A stretch of 63,992 nucleotides of DNA, filler included, from Sandaracinaceae bacterium (GTDB lineage: Bacteria; Myxococcota_A; Polyangia; Polyangiales; JADJQN01): NCBI GenBank assembly GCA_947483975.1. It is 3 parts of 3 records of this genome, joined end to end, with 100 filler letters (N's around TTAATTAATTAA, not from the genome) between each part and the next. Parts side by side here need not be neighbours in the genome. Positions count along the whole stretch, not along the records: positions 1 to 27,308 come from CANKOL010000025.1; 2 more parts are not named here. One strand, given 5' to 3'. This document shows positions 11,497 through 21,722 of this stretch, piece by piece; position 1 is the first letter of the stretch; each line of letters starts with the position of its first letter. The translations under genes were made by a program, and so were the position numbers. The notes below the pieces were generated by a model. It was given only the letters and a program-made list of their open reading frames with translations, had not been told where the DNA came from and ran no database searches.

Positions 11497-12306
11497 TCAG
11501 TGGTTGCCGCGGAGCGTCCGCACCTTCGCCTCGATCTGCGTGCGGTTCGGATCGTCGGGGCGCGCGCGCAGGAACTCGCGGTAGTAGTCGATCGCGTCCT
11601 GCGTACGCTCGAGCTTCTCGGCGGTGATCGCGAGGTTGTAGATGACCTCGGGAAGCCGCGCGAAGTTGTACGCCGCGATGAACGCCTGCATCGCCGCGTC
11701 GAAGTGACGCCCCTGGAACATCGTCACGCCGCGCAGGAAGAACGTGCGCGCCTCCGCGGTGAGGTCGTCGGTGCTCGCCGGTGCCGCGAAGATCTGGTCG
11801 TGCTGTCGCTGCGCGAGCGCCTCGAGCGCGGCGATGCGGCGCGCGATGTCCGTGCGCTCGGCGTCAGTCGGCGTGCCATCGCGCAGATAGATCCGGAAGT
11901 TCGCGATGCCCTTCTCCGCGTCGCCCATGCGCTCGTAGATGCGCGCGACGTTGAACGCGAGCTCCGGCGTCGGGACGAGCCCGTAGGCCTCGGCGAGCTT
12001 CGTCGCGGCCTCCTCGAGCCGCCCAGCCTCGTAGGCGGCGAGCCCGTCGGTGAAGAGGACGCGCGCGCGCTGCACAGCGGGGTCGCTCGCGTCGACGGCG
12101 AGCCCCGAGGGCGGCCCCGCGTCAGGCGCGGTCGGCTCGACGACCTGGGTCTCGCCGCCGGTGCCCGCAGCGCCGCTGCCCGCGGTCGTCGCGTGCGTCC
12201 CCGCGCCCGCCTCACCCTCGACGGTGCTGCCTCCACACGACACGACGAGCGCGAGCGCCGACCCGAGCGCGAGCCGCGCTCCGAGGGAACGAGAGGAGGC
12301 GCGCAC
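11497..12306 (-). CDS. TPR-repeat lipoprotein
   Basis: Lipobox LVVSC; two TPR pairs (FNVARIYERMG, YNLAITAEKL). Confidence 0.82.
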   Translation of the reverse strand: MRASSRSLGARLALGSALALVVSCGGSTVEGEAGAGTHATTAGSGAAGTGGETQVVEPTAPDAGPPSGLAVDASDPAVQRARVLFTDGLAAYEAGRLEEAATKLAEAYGLVPTPELAFNVARIYERMGDAEKGIANFRIYLRDGTPTDAERTDIARRIAALEALAQRQHDQIFAAPASTDDLTAEARTFFLRGVTMFQGRHFDAAMQAFIAAYNFARLPEVIYNLAITAEKLERTQDAIDYYREFLRARPDDPNRTQIEAKVRTLRGNH

Positions 12307-12308
12307 GC

Positions 12309-12596
12309 TCAGGCCTTCGAGCCGTCGGCGTCCTTGTTCTTGGCGCGCTCCTTCTTGAGCTCCTGCTCCATCTTCGAGAGCGCGCGCTTGAGGTCTCGGA
12401 GCTCCGCCTTGGTCGCGAGGTTGAGCTGCTTGGCGACCGTCTCGACGCGCGCGTCGAACTGCTCCTGCGCGTGCTGCTTGAGCTGGAAGCCCTTCATCAC
12501 CGTCTTCATGACGCGCTCGTCCTGCATGAGCTTCATGAAGCGCGGGTCCTGAATCACCTTCGAGCCCTGATCTTTGAAGAAACGCTTGAGGTCCAC
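12309..12596 (-). CDS. Small coiled-coil, phasin-like protein
   Basis: LNLATKAELRDLKRALSKME resembles PHA-granule-associated proteins; GTG start. Confidence 0.6.
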   Translation of the reverse strand: MDLKRFFKDQGSKVIQDPRFMKLMQDERVMKTVMKGFQLKQHAQEQFDARVETVAKQLNLATKAELRDLKRALSKMEQELKKERAKNKDADGSKA

Positions 12597-12635
12597 GGCG
12601 CGGTCCCTTTCGAGTTGGTCGAGCTTACGTCGAAA

Positions 12636-13271
12636 TCAGTGTGCGGAGTTGCCGCCCCCGACGAGCAGCGAGAGCAGCGTGCCGACGAGGGTGAAGAGGG
12701 TCGCCCCGAAGAAGACGAACACCAGCGTCGGGATGACCACGCTCGCGGCGGCGAGCACGACGCCGAGCCCCACGAGCGCGTAGTCCGCAGGGTGCGGCTT
12801 CTCTTTGGGGTTGTCCTTGAACTTCTGGATCAGGTCGAGGTTCTTGCGGTTCGACTTCCAGAAGAGGTCGAAGACGTCGCCGACGATCGGCACGCTGCCG
12901 ACGAGCGTGTCGATCCCGATGTTGATCAGCATCCGGCCGATGACGACCGTCGGGAGCTTGTGCCGGATCGCGAGAAAGAGCAGCGCGACCGAGCCGAGCC
13001 CGGTGACGACGTCGCCCACCGCAGGGAAGAAGAAGCCGACGACGGCGTCGAGGCCGATGCCGAAGTTCGTGCCCGGGACGCGCACGAGGTCGTCGAGGCC
13101 GCGCACGAGCTTCTCCGCCCACGGGGCGATCAGCGTGACGACCGCCTTGCGCTGCTGCGCGCTCGCGTCGGGGAGCAGGCGCTCCATCGCCTTCTCGGCG
13201 GCCGTCTCGGCGAGCCGCTGCGCGCCCGGCGCGGGCGTGATCGCGTCAGTGGGAGGCTTGGCTGCGCTCAT
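12636..13271 (-). CDS. DUF4112-like membrane protein
   Basis: LDDLVRVPGTNFGIGLDAVVG, PIVGDVFDLFWKSNRKN; ATGA overlap with upstream gene. Confidence 0.88.
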   Translation of the reverse strand: MSAAKPPTDAITPAPGAQRLAETAAEKAMERLLPDASAQQRKAVVTLIAPWAEKLVRGLDDLVRVPGTNFGIGLDAVVGFFFPAVGDVVTGLGSVALLFLAIRHKLPTVVIGRMLINIGIDTLVGSVPIVGDVFDLFWKSNRKNLDLIQKFKDNPKEKPHPADYALVGLGVVLAAASVVIPTLVFVFFGATLFTLVGTLLSLLVGGGNSAH

Positions 13272-14287
13272 CGACGGGCGAGCCATTGTTGCACGAGCGG
13301 CCACACGGTCACCGGCGCCTCGCGCCCGATGATCAGGTCGACGTGCCCCGCGGGAAACTCCCGATACATCTTGTCGCGCGAGCGACTCAGCTCGTACGCG
13401 GGGCGCACGCTCGCCGGGGGCGCGAGCGTGTCGTCGGTGCCCGCGATGACGAGCAGCGGCTTCATCAACATCTCGAACGCCGTGCCGTAGTCGGTCAGCC
13501 CGTCGAGGCTCTTGAGCGACGCCTCCTGCCCCGCGCGGACGATGTCGAGCCCGACCGAGAGGCTCGTCGGATCGAAGGCGCGAGAGAGGTAGTCGTCGAG
13601 CACGTTCCGCTCGACGGAGCCCGGGCGCCAAGCCCGGATCGGCGTGGGCAGCGCCTTCAGATCCCAGAGCGCCGCGCGCTTGCGCAGGTGGTTCCCGACG
13701 ATGCGCAGCGGCATCGGCGGGTTGCGATCGAGCACGCCCGTGAAGCGCACGGCGCTCGCGAACGCCGAGAGCGCGAGCAGCGCGCGGCTGCCGAGCCCGA
13801 AGCGATACGGCGAGCCGATCGAGACCACGCCGCGCACGCGGTCGCGCAGGCTGGTGCCGGCGACGCTGTACGCGATCAGCCCGCCCATCGAGTGCCCGAC
13901 GAGGAAGAGCTTGTCGTGGCCCGACATCCGCAGCGCCTCGTCGACGAACGCGGGCAGGTCGAGGCGGATGTAGTCGTCGAGCAAGCGCGGGCGCTCGGAC
14001 CCGAAGCGCCGCGAGCGCCCGTGCCCGCGCAGGTCGACGTTGAAGACGTCCCAGCCCGCCGCCGCGAGATACGCGGAGAAGCTGCGGTGCTTGTTGTGCC
14101 AGGTGTAGCGGTTCTGCCCGAAGCCGTGGATCAGCACGACCGTGCCGAGCGTCTTCTCGAGCCCGAACAGGCGCTTGCGCACCATGCCGAGCGGGTGCTC
14201 ACCCTCCGTCATGAGCACGTCTTTGGCGAACGTCGCGCGCTGGTCGCCGTCGATGGTCTGCTCGACGGTCTCGGAGCGAAGAAGCAT
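13268..14287 (-). CDS. Alpha/beta hydrolase (lipase/esterase-like)
   Basis: LIHGFGQN, DLRGHGRS, GHSMGG, GTDDTLAP, GHVDL. Confidence 0.9.
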   Translation of the reverse strand: MLLRSETVEQTIDGDQRATFAKDVLMTEGEHPLGMVRKRLFGLEKTLGTVVLIHGFGQNRYTWHNKHRSFSAYLAAAGWDVFNVDLRGHGRSRRFGSERPRLLDDYIRLDLPAFVDEALRMSGHDKLFLVGHSMGGLIAYSVAGTSLRDRVRGVVSIGSPYRFGLGSRALLALSAFASAVRFTGVLDRNPPMPLRIVGNHLRKRAALWDLKALPTPIRAWRPGSVERNVLDDYLSRAFDPTSLSVGLDIVRAGQEASLKSLDGLTDYGTAFEMLMKPLLVIAGTDDTLAPPASVRPAYELSRSRDKMYREFPAGHVDLIIGREAPVTVWPLVQQWLARR

Positions 14288-14388
14288 CTGCGCGGCAGAG
14301 TAGCAGCGTGCCGGGGAGAATGCCGCAGCGCGGCATGGAGAAGAGCACGCCCCCAAGAGGAGACACGCCGCGTGCTACCCTCCGGACG

Positions 14389-14952
14389 ATGCTTCGACTC
14401 CGCCGCCTCTCTGCGCTCGCGCTGCCCGTCGTCGGTCTGCTGCTCGCGTCCGCTGCGCTGCTCGCCGCGCCCCGCACCGCGCACGCCGCGCCGCCGGATA
14501 TCGCGCGCGTCCGCGAGATGCTGAGCGGCTACGAGGGCGGGCCGCCGGAGAGCGTCTGGCGCGAGCTTGGACCCGAGACGCTGCCTGTCCTGATCGCGCT
14601 CTACGACTCGACGCAGGAGGCGCCGTTCGTGCGGCAGCGCGCGGTCGCAGCGGCGGCGTTCTATCCGTCGCCCGCGACGCGCACGTTCTTGCACGCGGTG
14701 CTCGCGACGCCGGGGCAGCACGAGATCTACCTGCGCACTGCCGTCGACGCGCTCGCCCGCGCGTTCGGCGCCGGCGCCTGGGACGAGGTACGCCCGTACC
14801 TCGCGCACAACCTCGTCACGGTGCGCATGGGCGCGGTCCGCGCGGCCTCGCGGATCAACACCCCCGCCGTGCGCGCTGCGCTCCGCGCGCGCCTCGGCAG
14901 CGAGCAAGAGCCCGAAGTGCGCGACGCGATCACGGCAGCGCTCGCGCGCTGA
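14389..14952 (+). CDS. Secreted HEAT-repeat protein
   Basis: Signal peptide ending AHA; HEAT-like VRQRAVAA / VRMGAVRA / EVRDAI. Confidence 0.75.
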   Translation: MLRLRRLSALALPVVGLLLASAALLAAPRTAHAAPPDIARVREMLSGYEGGPPESVWRELGPETLPVLIALYDSTQEAPFVRQRAVAAAAFYPSPATRTFLHAVLATPGQHEIYLRTAVDALARAFGAGAWDEVRPYLAHNLVTVRMGAVRAASRINTPAVRAALRARLGSEQEPEVRDAITAALAR

Positions 14953-14972
14953 GCCTCGACGCGATGAGCCCG

Positions 14973-15596
14973 CTACGGCGGCACGACGCAGATGCCGCCG
15001 CCGCAGTCTGGCAGACAGCTCCAGGTGCCCGTCGTCGCCTCGCACGCGCAGCCGCTCGAGGCGCAGCCCGCTGTCGCGACGCAGTCTTGACCGATCGGAC
15101 AACCGCGCGCGACGCAGCCGACGGGCGGCGCGCCGGTGCAGGCGTCGTTGACGCAAAGGTTCCCCTGACAGCAGGACGCGTCAGCCGCGCTGCACCAGCA
15201 GAACGCGCCCGGCGCGCACTTCACTCCAGTGCCGCAGTCGGCGTCCGAGGCGCACTCGTTGGGCGGCGCGCACGCGCAGGGCTGACAGCCATTGCGCGTG
15301 TAGAGCGACCAGCCGAACTGACAGAGGATGTCGCAGACGAGCGCGGAGTTGTCGCAGGCGACGCACGCGCCGCCGACGCACCACTCGGTGCCCGACGGGC
15401 AATCGCTGTCGCGCACGCAGGCGTGCCCGCCGTCGCCGAGCGCAGCGTCGACGCCGAGGTCGCCCGCTGCTGCGTCGACCCCGAGATCCGCGAGGGCGGC
15501 GTCAGCGCCGAGGTCGGCAGGCGGCGGTGCGTCGTCGTCGCCGCACGCGCCGAACAGCATCGAGAGCACCACGAGCGCGCGGAGTGAGTTCCCCAT
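14973..15596 (-). CDS. Cys-rich lipoprotein
   Basis: Lipobox FGAC, DLG low-complexity linker, many Cys. Confidence 0.8.
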   Translation of the reverse strand: MGNSLRALVVLSMLFGACGDDDAPPPADLGADAALADLGVDAAAGDLGVDAALGDGGHACVRDSDCPSGTEWCVGGACVACDNSALVCDILCQFGWSLYTRNGCQPCACAPPNECASDADCGTGVKCAPGAFCWCSAADASCCQGNLCVNDACTGAPPVGCVARGCPIGQDCVATAGCASSGCACEATTGTWSCLPDCGGGICVVPP

Positions 15597-15629
15597 GCGC
15601 GCAACGTAGCGCGCGGGCAGAGACTCCGC

Positions 15630-16427
15630 TCAGCGCCAGAGCGCGATGCCGCCGAGGATGCCCGCGTCGTTCGACACGATGCGCACGTTGCTCGGTAGCT
15701 CGCCGACGACGCGCTTCGCGTTGCCGCCGCCGAGGTAGATGACGCGCGGGTTGAAGATCGGCTGGAGCTGCGCGAGCGCCTCGAGGACGCGCTTGGACCA
15801 CTTCTTCTTCCCGAGCTTCTCGAAGGTCGCGTTGTCCAGGTACTCCTCGTAGGTCTCGCCCTTCTTGAAGGGGTGATGCCCGAGCTCGAGGTTCGGCACG
15901 AGGATTCCGTCGACGAAGAGCGACGAGCCGACGCCTGTGCCGAGCGTCAGGCACAGCTCGAGCCCATGCCCCTCGATGGCGCCAAAGCCTTGAATCGCGG
16001 CGTCGTTGAGGACGCGCGAGGGCTTCTGCGTCAGCTTCGTGACCGCCGCGTCGATGTCGACGTTGGCCCAGGTCGGGTCGAGGTTCGGCGCGGTGTGCAC
16101 GACGCCGTCCATCACGACGCCGGGGAAGCCGACCGAGACGCGGTCGAAGTGCGGCTGCTGCTTGATCACCTGCGCGAGCGCGGCGAGCAGCGCCTTCGGG
16201 GTCGCGGGGCGGGGCGTCTCGACGCGGACGCGCTCGTTGAGCGGCTTGCCGTCGTGATCGAGCACCATGCCCTTGAGCCCGGTGCCGCCGATGTCGAGCG
16301 CGAGCGTGCGCGCGCCCTTCGACGCGACGGGCGCCTCGGCGCTCGGCGGCTTGGCCGGCTTGGTCTGCTTCGTCGGCTTCGCCGCAACGTCCGAGACGCG
16401 CGGCGCCCTCCCCTTGGCGATGGTCAT
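15630..16427 (-). CDS. ppgK: ROK-family polyphosphate glucokinase
   Basis: LALDIGGTGLKG, VGFPGVV, LNDAAIQG, LTLGTGVGS, NLELGH. Confidence 0.85.
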   Translation of the reverse strand: MTIAKGRAPRVSDVAAKPTKQTKPAKPPSAEAPVASKGARTLALDIGGTGLKGMVLDHDGKPLNERVRVETPRPATPKALLAALAQVIKQQPHFDRVSVGFPGVVMDGVVHTAPNLDPTWANVDIDAAVTKLTQKPSRVLNDAAIQGFGAIEGHGLELCLTLGTGVGSSLFVDGILVPNLELGHHPFKKGETYEEYLDNATFEKLGKKKWSKRVLEALAQLQPIFNPRVIYLGGGNAKRVVGELPSNVRIVSNDAGILGGIALWR

Positions 16428-16490
16428 GCGCGCGACGATACACGAACTGAGGTTGCTTCGCGCGCGCCCTTCGCGATACGAGTCGCCCCC

Positions 16491-18464
16491 ATGGCTGCTC
16501 TGACTCCCGAGACTCCCGCCGCCGCGGACGCCCCCGAGGCTCCGCCGTTCGACCTGATGTCCGTCGCCCCGGAGGACCGCGACCGCGCGTGGGTCAAGCA
16601 CTACTACCAAGGCGACGACGTCCCGCAGCTGACGTGGCGCGCGGTGATCATGGGCGGCGTGCTCGGGATGCTGATGAGCATCTCGAACCTCTACACGACG
16701 CTCAAGCTCGGCTGGTCGTTCGGCGTCGCCATCACCGCCTGCGTGCTCTCGTACGCCATCTGGAACGCCTTCACGGCCCTCGGGCTCGCGAAGTCGAAGA
16801 TGACGATGCTCGAGAACAACTGCATGCAGTCGACGGCGAGCGCCGCGGGCTACTCGACGGGCGGCACGCTCGCGACGGCGGTGGGCGCGCTCCTCTTGAT
16901 CTCGGGCGACGGCGAGCGCCTCGGCTGGTTCCCCGTCGCGTGCTGGGTGCTGCTCACCGCGCTCCTCGGCGTGTTCCTCGCCATCCCGATGAAGCGGCAG
17001 ATGATCAACCAAGAGCAGCTGCCGTTCCCGTCGGGCATCGCGGCGGCGGAGACGCTGCGCAGCCTCTACGCGAAGGGCAGCGAGAGCATCCTGAAGGCGC
17101 GCGCGCTGATCGGCGCGCTCGTCGTCGGCGGCGTGATCGGCTTTCTGCGCTCGTTCCCGCTGCTCAAGGACTCTGCGGGCGAGCCGACGACGCTGATCCC
17201 CGGTGAGTTCCCGTTCGCGTTCAAGGTCTTCAGCATCCGCGGGCGCGCGATCAGCGGCGCGCAGCTCGCGGGCTTCAACTTCGAGCCGAGCTTGCTGCTG
17301 ATCGCCGCCGGCATGATCGTCGGCATTCGAGTGTCGGCGTCGATGATGCTCGGCTCGCTCGTCAACTACCTCGTCCTCGTGCCGTACGCGATGGGCCTCG
17401 CGGACTGGCAGCAGCCGCACAAGACGTTCATCGGGCACATGGAGGTCGCGCTCGGCGACTCGGGCGAGCTCGTGATGGTGAAGGTGACGCGCTGGAGCCT
17501 CTGGCTCGGCACGGCGCTGATGGTGACCTCGGGGCTCACGTCCTTCGCGCTCGGCTGGCGCACGATCCTGCGCGCGCTGACGGGCCTGAGGTCGAAGGGC
17601 GACGGCACGCCGGTCAACGACGATCCGGTCGCGCGCCTCGAGGTGCCGATGAAGTGGTTCGTCGTGGGGATGGCGCCGATCACCGTCGGGCTGATGGCGC
17701 TCTGCTGGCTGTCGTTCGGGATTCACCCGGCGCTCGGGCTGCTCTCGGTCGTGCTCTCGTTCGTGCTCGCGCTCGTCGCGTGCCGCGCGACGGGCGAGAC
17801 GGACACGACGCCGATCGGCGCGATGGGCAAGATCACGCAGTTCGTCTACGCGGTGCTCTCGCCCGCGAACAAGACGGTCAACCTGATGACGGCCGGCATC
17901 ACGGCTGGCGCGGCGGGCTCGTCGGCCGATCTGCTCACCGACCTGAAGAGCGGCTATCTGCTCGGCGCCAACCCGCGCAAGCAGTTCCTCGCGCAGTTCT
18001 ACGGCATCTTCTTCGGCATCGTCGCCGTGATCCCCGCCTGGTATCTGCTCGTGCCGAACAAGGCGGCGCTCGAGGCGTTCAACCCGCCGGCGACCAATAT
18101 GTGGTTCGCGGTCGCGGAGGCGCTCTCTGCGGGCATCTCGTCGATCCCCGAGAGCGCGCGCTACGCGATCGCGATCGGCGGCATCATCGGCATCGCGCTG
18201 CCGCTCCTCGACGCGCTCTTGCCCGCCAAGGTCAAGCGCTTCATCCCCTCGTCGATGGGCATCGGCCTCGCGTTCGTGGTGCCGTTCGCGAACTCGCTCT
18301 CGTTCTTCATCGGCGCGGTGATCACCGAGGTCTGGATGTGGCGCGCGAAGAAGAGCGGCGAGCGCTACATCATCCCGCTCGCGTCGGGCGCGGTGGCGGG
18401 TGAGTCGCTCGCGGCGGCAGCGGCAGCGATCGCGATGAACATCAAGCTGATGTTCTTCCCGTAG
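16491..18464 (+). CDS. OPT family oligopeptide/YSL-type transporter
   Basis: QLTWRAV, LENNCMQSTASA, LPFPSGIAAAE, GETDTTP, DLKSGYLLGANPRKQ. Confidence 0.93.
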   Translation: MAALTPETPAAADAPEAPPFDLMSVAPEDRDRAWVKHYYQGDDVPQLTWRAVIMGGVLGMLMSISNLYTTLKLGWSFGVAITACVLSYAIWNAFTALGLAKSKMTMLENNCMQSTASAAGYSTGGTLATAVGALLLISGDGERLGWFPVACWVLLTALLGVFLAIPMKRQMINQEQLPFPSGIAAAETLRSLYAKGSESILKARALIGALVVGGVIGFLRSFPLLKDSAGEPTTLIPGEFPFAFKVFSIRGRAISGAQLAGFNFEPSLLLIAAGMIVGIRVSASMMLGSLVNYLVLVPYAMGLADWQQPHKTFIGHMEVALGDSGELVMVKVTRWSLWLGTALMVTSGLTSFALGWRTILRALTGLRSKGDGTPVNDDPVARLEVPMKWFVVGMAPITVGLMALCWLSFGIHPALGLLSVVLSFVLALVACRATGETDTTPIGAMGKITQFVYAVLSPANKTVNLMTAGITAGAAGSSADLLTDLKSGYLLGANPRKQFLAQFYGIFFGIVAVIPAWYLLVPNKAALEAFNPPATNMWFAVAEALSAGISSIPESARYAIAIGGIIGIALPLLDALLPAKVKRFIPSSMGIGLAFVVPFANSLSFFIGAVITEVWMWRAKKSGERYIIPLASGAVAGESLAAAAAAIAMNIKLMFFP

Positions 18465-18491
18465 ACTGGCGACCTCGAGGCGCTCGACCGA

Positions 18492-19319
18492 CTAGAGGTC
18501 GATCGCCTCGACGGGCAGCGCCTCGACGTCGATGCCGACGAAGCGCGACGCGACCTCGGCGAAGCGCCCCGGCAGATCGGTGACGAGCAGGCGCAGGCCG
18601 CCGCCCTCCTCGCGCTCGCCGCGCAGGCCGCGGGCGTCGAGAAAAGCGCGCAATTCCTCGGCCGTCGCGTGCGCGCTGTCGACGACCTTCACGGGATGCC
18701 CGGCCATGCGCTCGGCCTCTTCGCGGATGATCTCGGCGAGCAGCGGATAGTGCGTACAGCCGAGCACGAGCGCGTCGATGTCGTGCTGCGCGAGCGGCTC
18801 GAGGTAGCGTCGAACGGCGAGGCGCGGGACGTCGCCGTCGAGCCAGCCCTCCTCGACGAGCGGCACGAGGAGCGGCGCGGCGCGCTGAAAGACCTCGACG
18901 CGCGAGCTCGTCCCCGCGACCGCGCGCACGTACGCGCCGGAGAGCACGGTGCCCGCCGTCGCGATGACGCCGAGGCGCCCGTTCCGACACGCGGCGACCC
19001 CCGCGCGCGCGCCCGGCTCGATCACGCCGAGCACGGGGATGTCGAGCTCGACGCGCAGCGAGTCGAGGGCGACGGCGCTGACCGTGTTGCAGGCGACGAC
19101 GAGCAATTTCACGCCGCGCTCGGCGAGCTTGCGACCGCAGCCGCGGGCGTAGCGCACGACCGTCGCGGGGCTGCGCGTGCCGTACGGAACGCGCGCCGTG
19201 TCGCCGAGGTAGATCAGGTCCTCGCCGGGCAGCGCGTCGCGGATCGCGCGCGCCACGGTGAGGCCGCCGAGCCCAGAGTCGAAGACGCCGATCGGCGCGG
19301 TTGCGGAAGGGACGGACAC
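18492..19319 (-). CDS. murI: Glutamate racemase
   Basis: GVFDSGLGGLTV, PYG, VACNTVS, LGCTHYP. Confidence 0.97.
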   Translation of the reverse strand: MSVPSATAPIGVFDSGLGGLTVARAIRDALPGEDLIYLGDTARVPYGTRSPATVVRYARGCGRKLAERGVKLLVVACNTVSAVALDSLRVELDIPVLGVIEPGARAGVAACRNGRLGVIATAGTVLSGAYVRAVAGTSSRVEVFQRAAPLLVPLVEEGWLDGDVPRLAVRRYLEPLAQHDIDALVLGCTHYPLLAEIIREEAERMAGHPVKVVDSAHATAEELRAFLDARGLRGEREEGGGLRLLVTDLPGRFAEVASRFVGIDVEALPVEAIDL

Positions 19320-19327
19320 CGGGGGCC

Positions 19328-20494
19328 TCAGGTGCAGGTGCCGGCGGTCGTGGCGGTGGCCCCGACGCAGGCGCCCTCAGCGCACGCATCGTCGAGGTAG
19401 CAGGTGCCGCCGCGGGGACTGCGCGGGAGGCAGAAGCCGCTGCCGCCGGCTGCGAGACCGGCGCAGAAATTTCGGCTCGTCCCGGGCGTGTTGCACTCGG
19501 CGGAGGACGCGCAGGCGCGCGTGCAGAGATCGTAGTGCGTGCCGCTGATGTCGAGGGGCGTGCAGGCCGTCCCGGGCGGGTCGTTCAAGCAGGGATAGGC
19601 GCCGCTCGCGTCCGTGCAGCTCGGCCAGCCGAGCGCGTAGCGCACCGAGCAGAGCCCGCCGTCGACCCCGCCGCCCGCCGCCGCGTCGCACGCCATCTCG
19701 AAGAGTCCATCGAAGCTGCCGCCGCGCGAGAGCCCCGCGCAGCCGAGCGCGCCGAACTGCCGCGAGGCCTCGTTGCAGGTGATGGTGCAGATGCGGCCGA
19801 CGGCGCCGGTGTCGAGGCAGCGACCGAGCAGGCAGTTCGAGTCGTCATCACAAGAAACACCGGAAATGCCGGGAATGCACGGAGGAGGCGCCGGCGGCTC
19901 GGCTCGAGAGAACAACGTCGCCTGGTGCAGGCAGCCGAAGCCGGGCGGGCAGATGCGGTCGGCCGTCGCGCACGTCGGGAAGCAGTACGGCGAGGTGTCG
20001 TTGAAGATGTCCTGGGCCGACACCGACCCGGCGGCGCACGGGGCCGTCGCGGCGCTCGGGACGCAGTAGAGGCGGTCGATGTGAAAGCCATCGCTGAGGC
20101 AGGCTTGGCCGGCGGGGCAGTCGCCGTCGAGCGCGCAGACCTGCACGGGATAACAGACTCCGCTGTTGCTCTCGAGGCTCGTACGAATACACGCGTAGTC
20201 GAGGCTCGGGCAGGCCGAGGTGCTGCCGTCGTCGTAGATCTGACAGCCGCGCAGGCAGAGGTTGTCGCGCGTGCAGATGCCGTCGCAGGTGCTGACGTCG
20301 CCGGAGACGCAGCGCTGCGCGCAGAAGTCGACCGAGTACGGGGTCGCGCGCTTGCAGCCCCAGCCTGTGCCGCAGCTACCGTCGTTGGCGCAGGCGAAGA
20401 GCGCGGTGTCGAGGGTGGAGTCGTCGACGGTGCACGCCGAGAGGAGCACGGCGAGCGCGAGCGCGGAGCAGCGAACGAGCGTGGACGGCTGCAT
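19328..20494 (-). CDS. Cys-rich lipoprotein
   Basis: Lipobox LLSAC; dense Cys pattern; coupled to upstream PEGA gene. Confidence 0.8.
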   Translation of the reverse strand: MQPSTLVRCSALALAVLLSACTVDDSTLDTALFACANDGSCGTGWGCKRATPYSVDFCAQRCVSGDVSTCDGICTRDNLCLRGCQIYDDGSTSACPSLDYACIRTSLESNSGVCYPVQVCALDGDCPAGQACLSDGFHIDRLYCVPSAATAPCAAGSVSAQDIFNDTSPYCFPTCATADRICPPGFGCLHQATLFSRAEPPAPPPCIPGISGVSCDDDSNCLLGRCLDTGAVGRICTITCNEASRQFGALGCAGLSRGGSFDGLFEMACDAAAGGGVDGGLCSVRYALGWPSCTDASGAYPCLNDPPGTACTPLDISGTHYDLCTRACASSAECNTPGTSRNFCAGLAAGGSGFCLPRSPRGGTCYLDDACAEGACVGATATTAGTCT

Positions 20495-21609
20495 CAGAGG
20501 CTCCCTCCGAACGTCAGGGCGGCGCCGCCCGGGAGCGGCACGACCTCGAGCCGCGCGGTGTCGTCTCGCATGACCTCGGCCTCGTCGCGACCGTCGGCGT
20601 TGGAGAGGAGCGAGAGGATGACGCCGATGCCGAGCGTGATCGCGCCAGCGCCGAGCACCGCGAAGCCGATGTTGGCGAGCAGCGCCTCGGTGCGGCGCTG
20701 CTGAAAGTCGTCGACGGCTTGCGCGCGCGTCGCGCCGTCGCCTGCGCCCGATTGGGAGAGCAGCCCGAACGCCAGCGCGGAGCCTCCGCCCGCGACCAAG
20801 AGCCCCCCGCCGACCCAGACGAGCGGCGAGACTCCCGGCGTCCCGAGCTCCGCGTCGAGCTGCAGGGTCGCGCCGCTCGCGACGTGGACCGCGCGCAGAT
20901 ACGGTCGATGCCCGCGCGAGCGGACGCGCACCTCGTGCTGCCCGGCGGCGACGCCCTCGAGGCGCACGGGCGCGCCGTCGTGATAGGTGCCGATGACGAG
21001 GCCGTCGATGGCGACCTCTGCGCCGTCGACGTTGCTCGAGACGAGGATCGTCGCCGGCCGACGCACGACGGCGTAGAGCGCGGGCAGCGCGTCCTGAAGC
21101 TCACCGGCGACCGCCCCGAGATCGCCGGCGACCTCGCGGAACACGCGACCGAGCAGCTCGCCCGTGCGCACGTCGACGCGGTTGAGGTTGAAGACCCAGG
21201 TCCCGTCGCGTTGCCCGATCGTGCCGGAGATGACCTGATCGACGCTCAGCTCGACGCCGACGCGCCCGAGGCACGCGGCCGAGGACACGCACTCGAGCGA
21301 GCCGCGCTCGCCGCCCCCGAGCCGCGCTTGGAACTCCTCTTTGCCGACGATGGTCACGCCGCCGCGCTCTGCGACGGCGCCGATCAGCACCTCGCTGAGG
21401 TCGTCCGCGCTGCCCGCCTCGACCTCGCCCGTCGCGAGCAACAGCACGACGACGCGCGTCGCGGGCACGACCGCCGCGCCCTGCCCCGGCGCGTCGAGCG
21501 ACGTGCCGGACTGAACGGGAGCCACCGCGTCCTCCTGCGCGCGGGCGACGGATGAGACCGCCGCGAACGAGAGAGAGAGGACGAGCAGGCACACGAGCGG
21601 GCGAAGCAT
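20494..21609 (-). CDS. PEGA-domain protein
   Basis: Signal peptide; VSSNVDGAEVAIDG..GQHEVRV PEGA; two C-terminal hydrophobic helices and terminal FGGSL. Confidence 0.85.
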   Translation of the reverse strand: MLRPLVCLLVLSLSFAAVSSVARAQEDAVAPVQSGTSLDAPGQGAAVVPATRVVVLLLATGEVEAGSADDLSEVLIGAVAERGGVTIVGKEEFQARLGGGERGSLECVSSAACLGRVGVELSVDQVISGTIGQRDGTWVFNLNRVDVRTGELLGRVFREVAGDLGAVAGELQDALPALYAVVRRPATILVSSNVDGAEVAIDGLVIGTYHDGAPVRLEGVAAGQHEVRVRSRGHRPYLRAVHVASGATLQLDAELGTPGVSPLVWVGGGLLVAGGGSALAFGLLSQSGAGDGATRAQAVDDFQQRRTEALLANIGFAVLGAGAITLGIGVILSLLSNADGRDEAEVMRDDTARLEVVPLPGGAALTFGGSL

Positions 21610-21722
21610 CGGCGCGATCATACGGGGCCCCCCGAGAAGGAGCCAGGTTTGGACCCGCGCGCACGAGCTAGGCGCGGGGCCGCGCACTTGATAGGATGAC
21701 TCTCCGGCGTCGGCCGTTTCTC

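Noticed and set aside
13268..14287. PHA synthase PhaC
   Set aside because: The nucleophile elbow is GHSMGG (Ser), not the Cys-containing PhaC box
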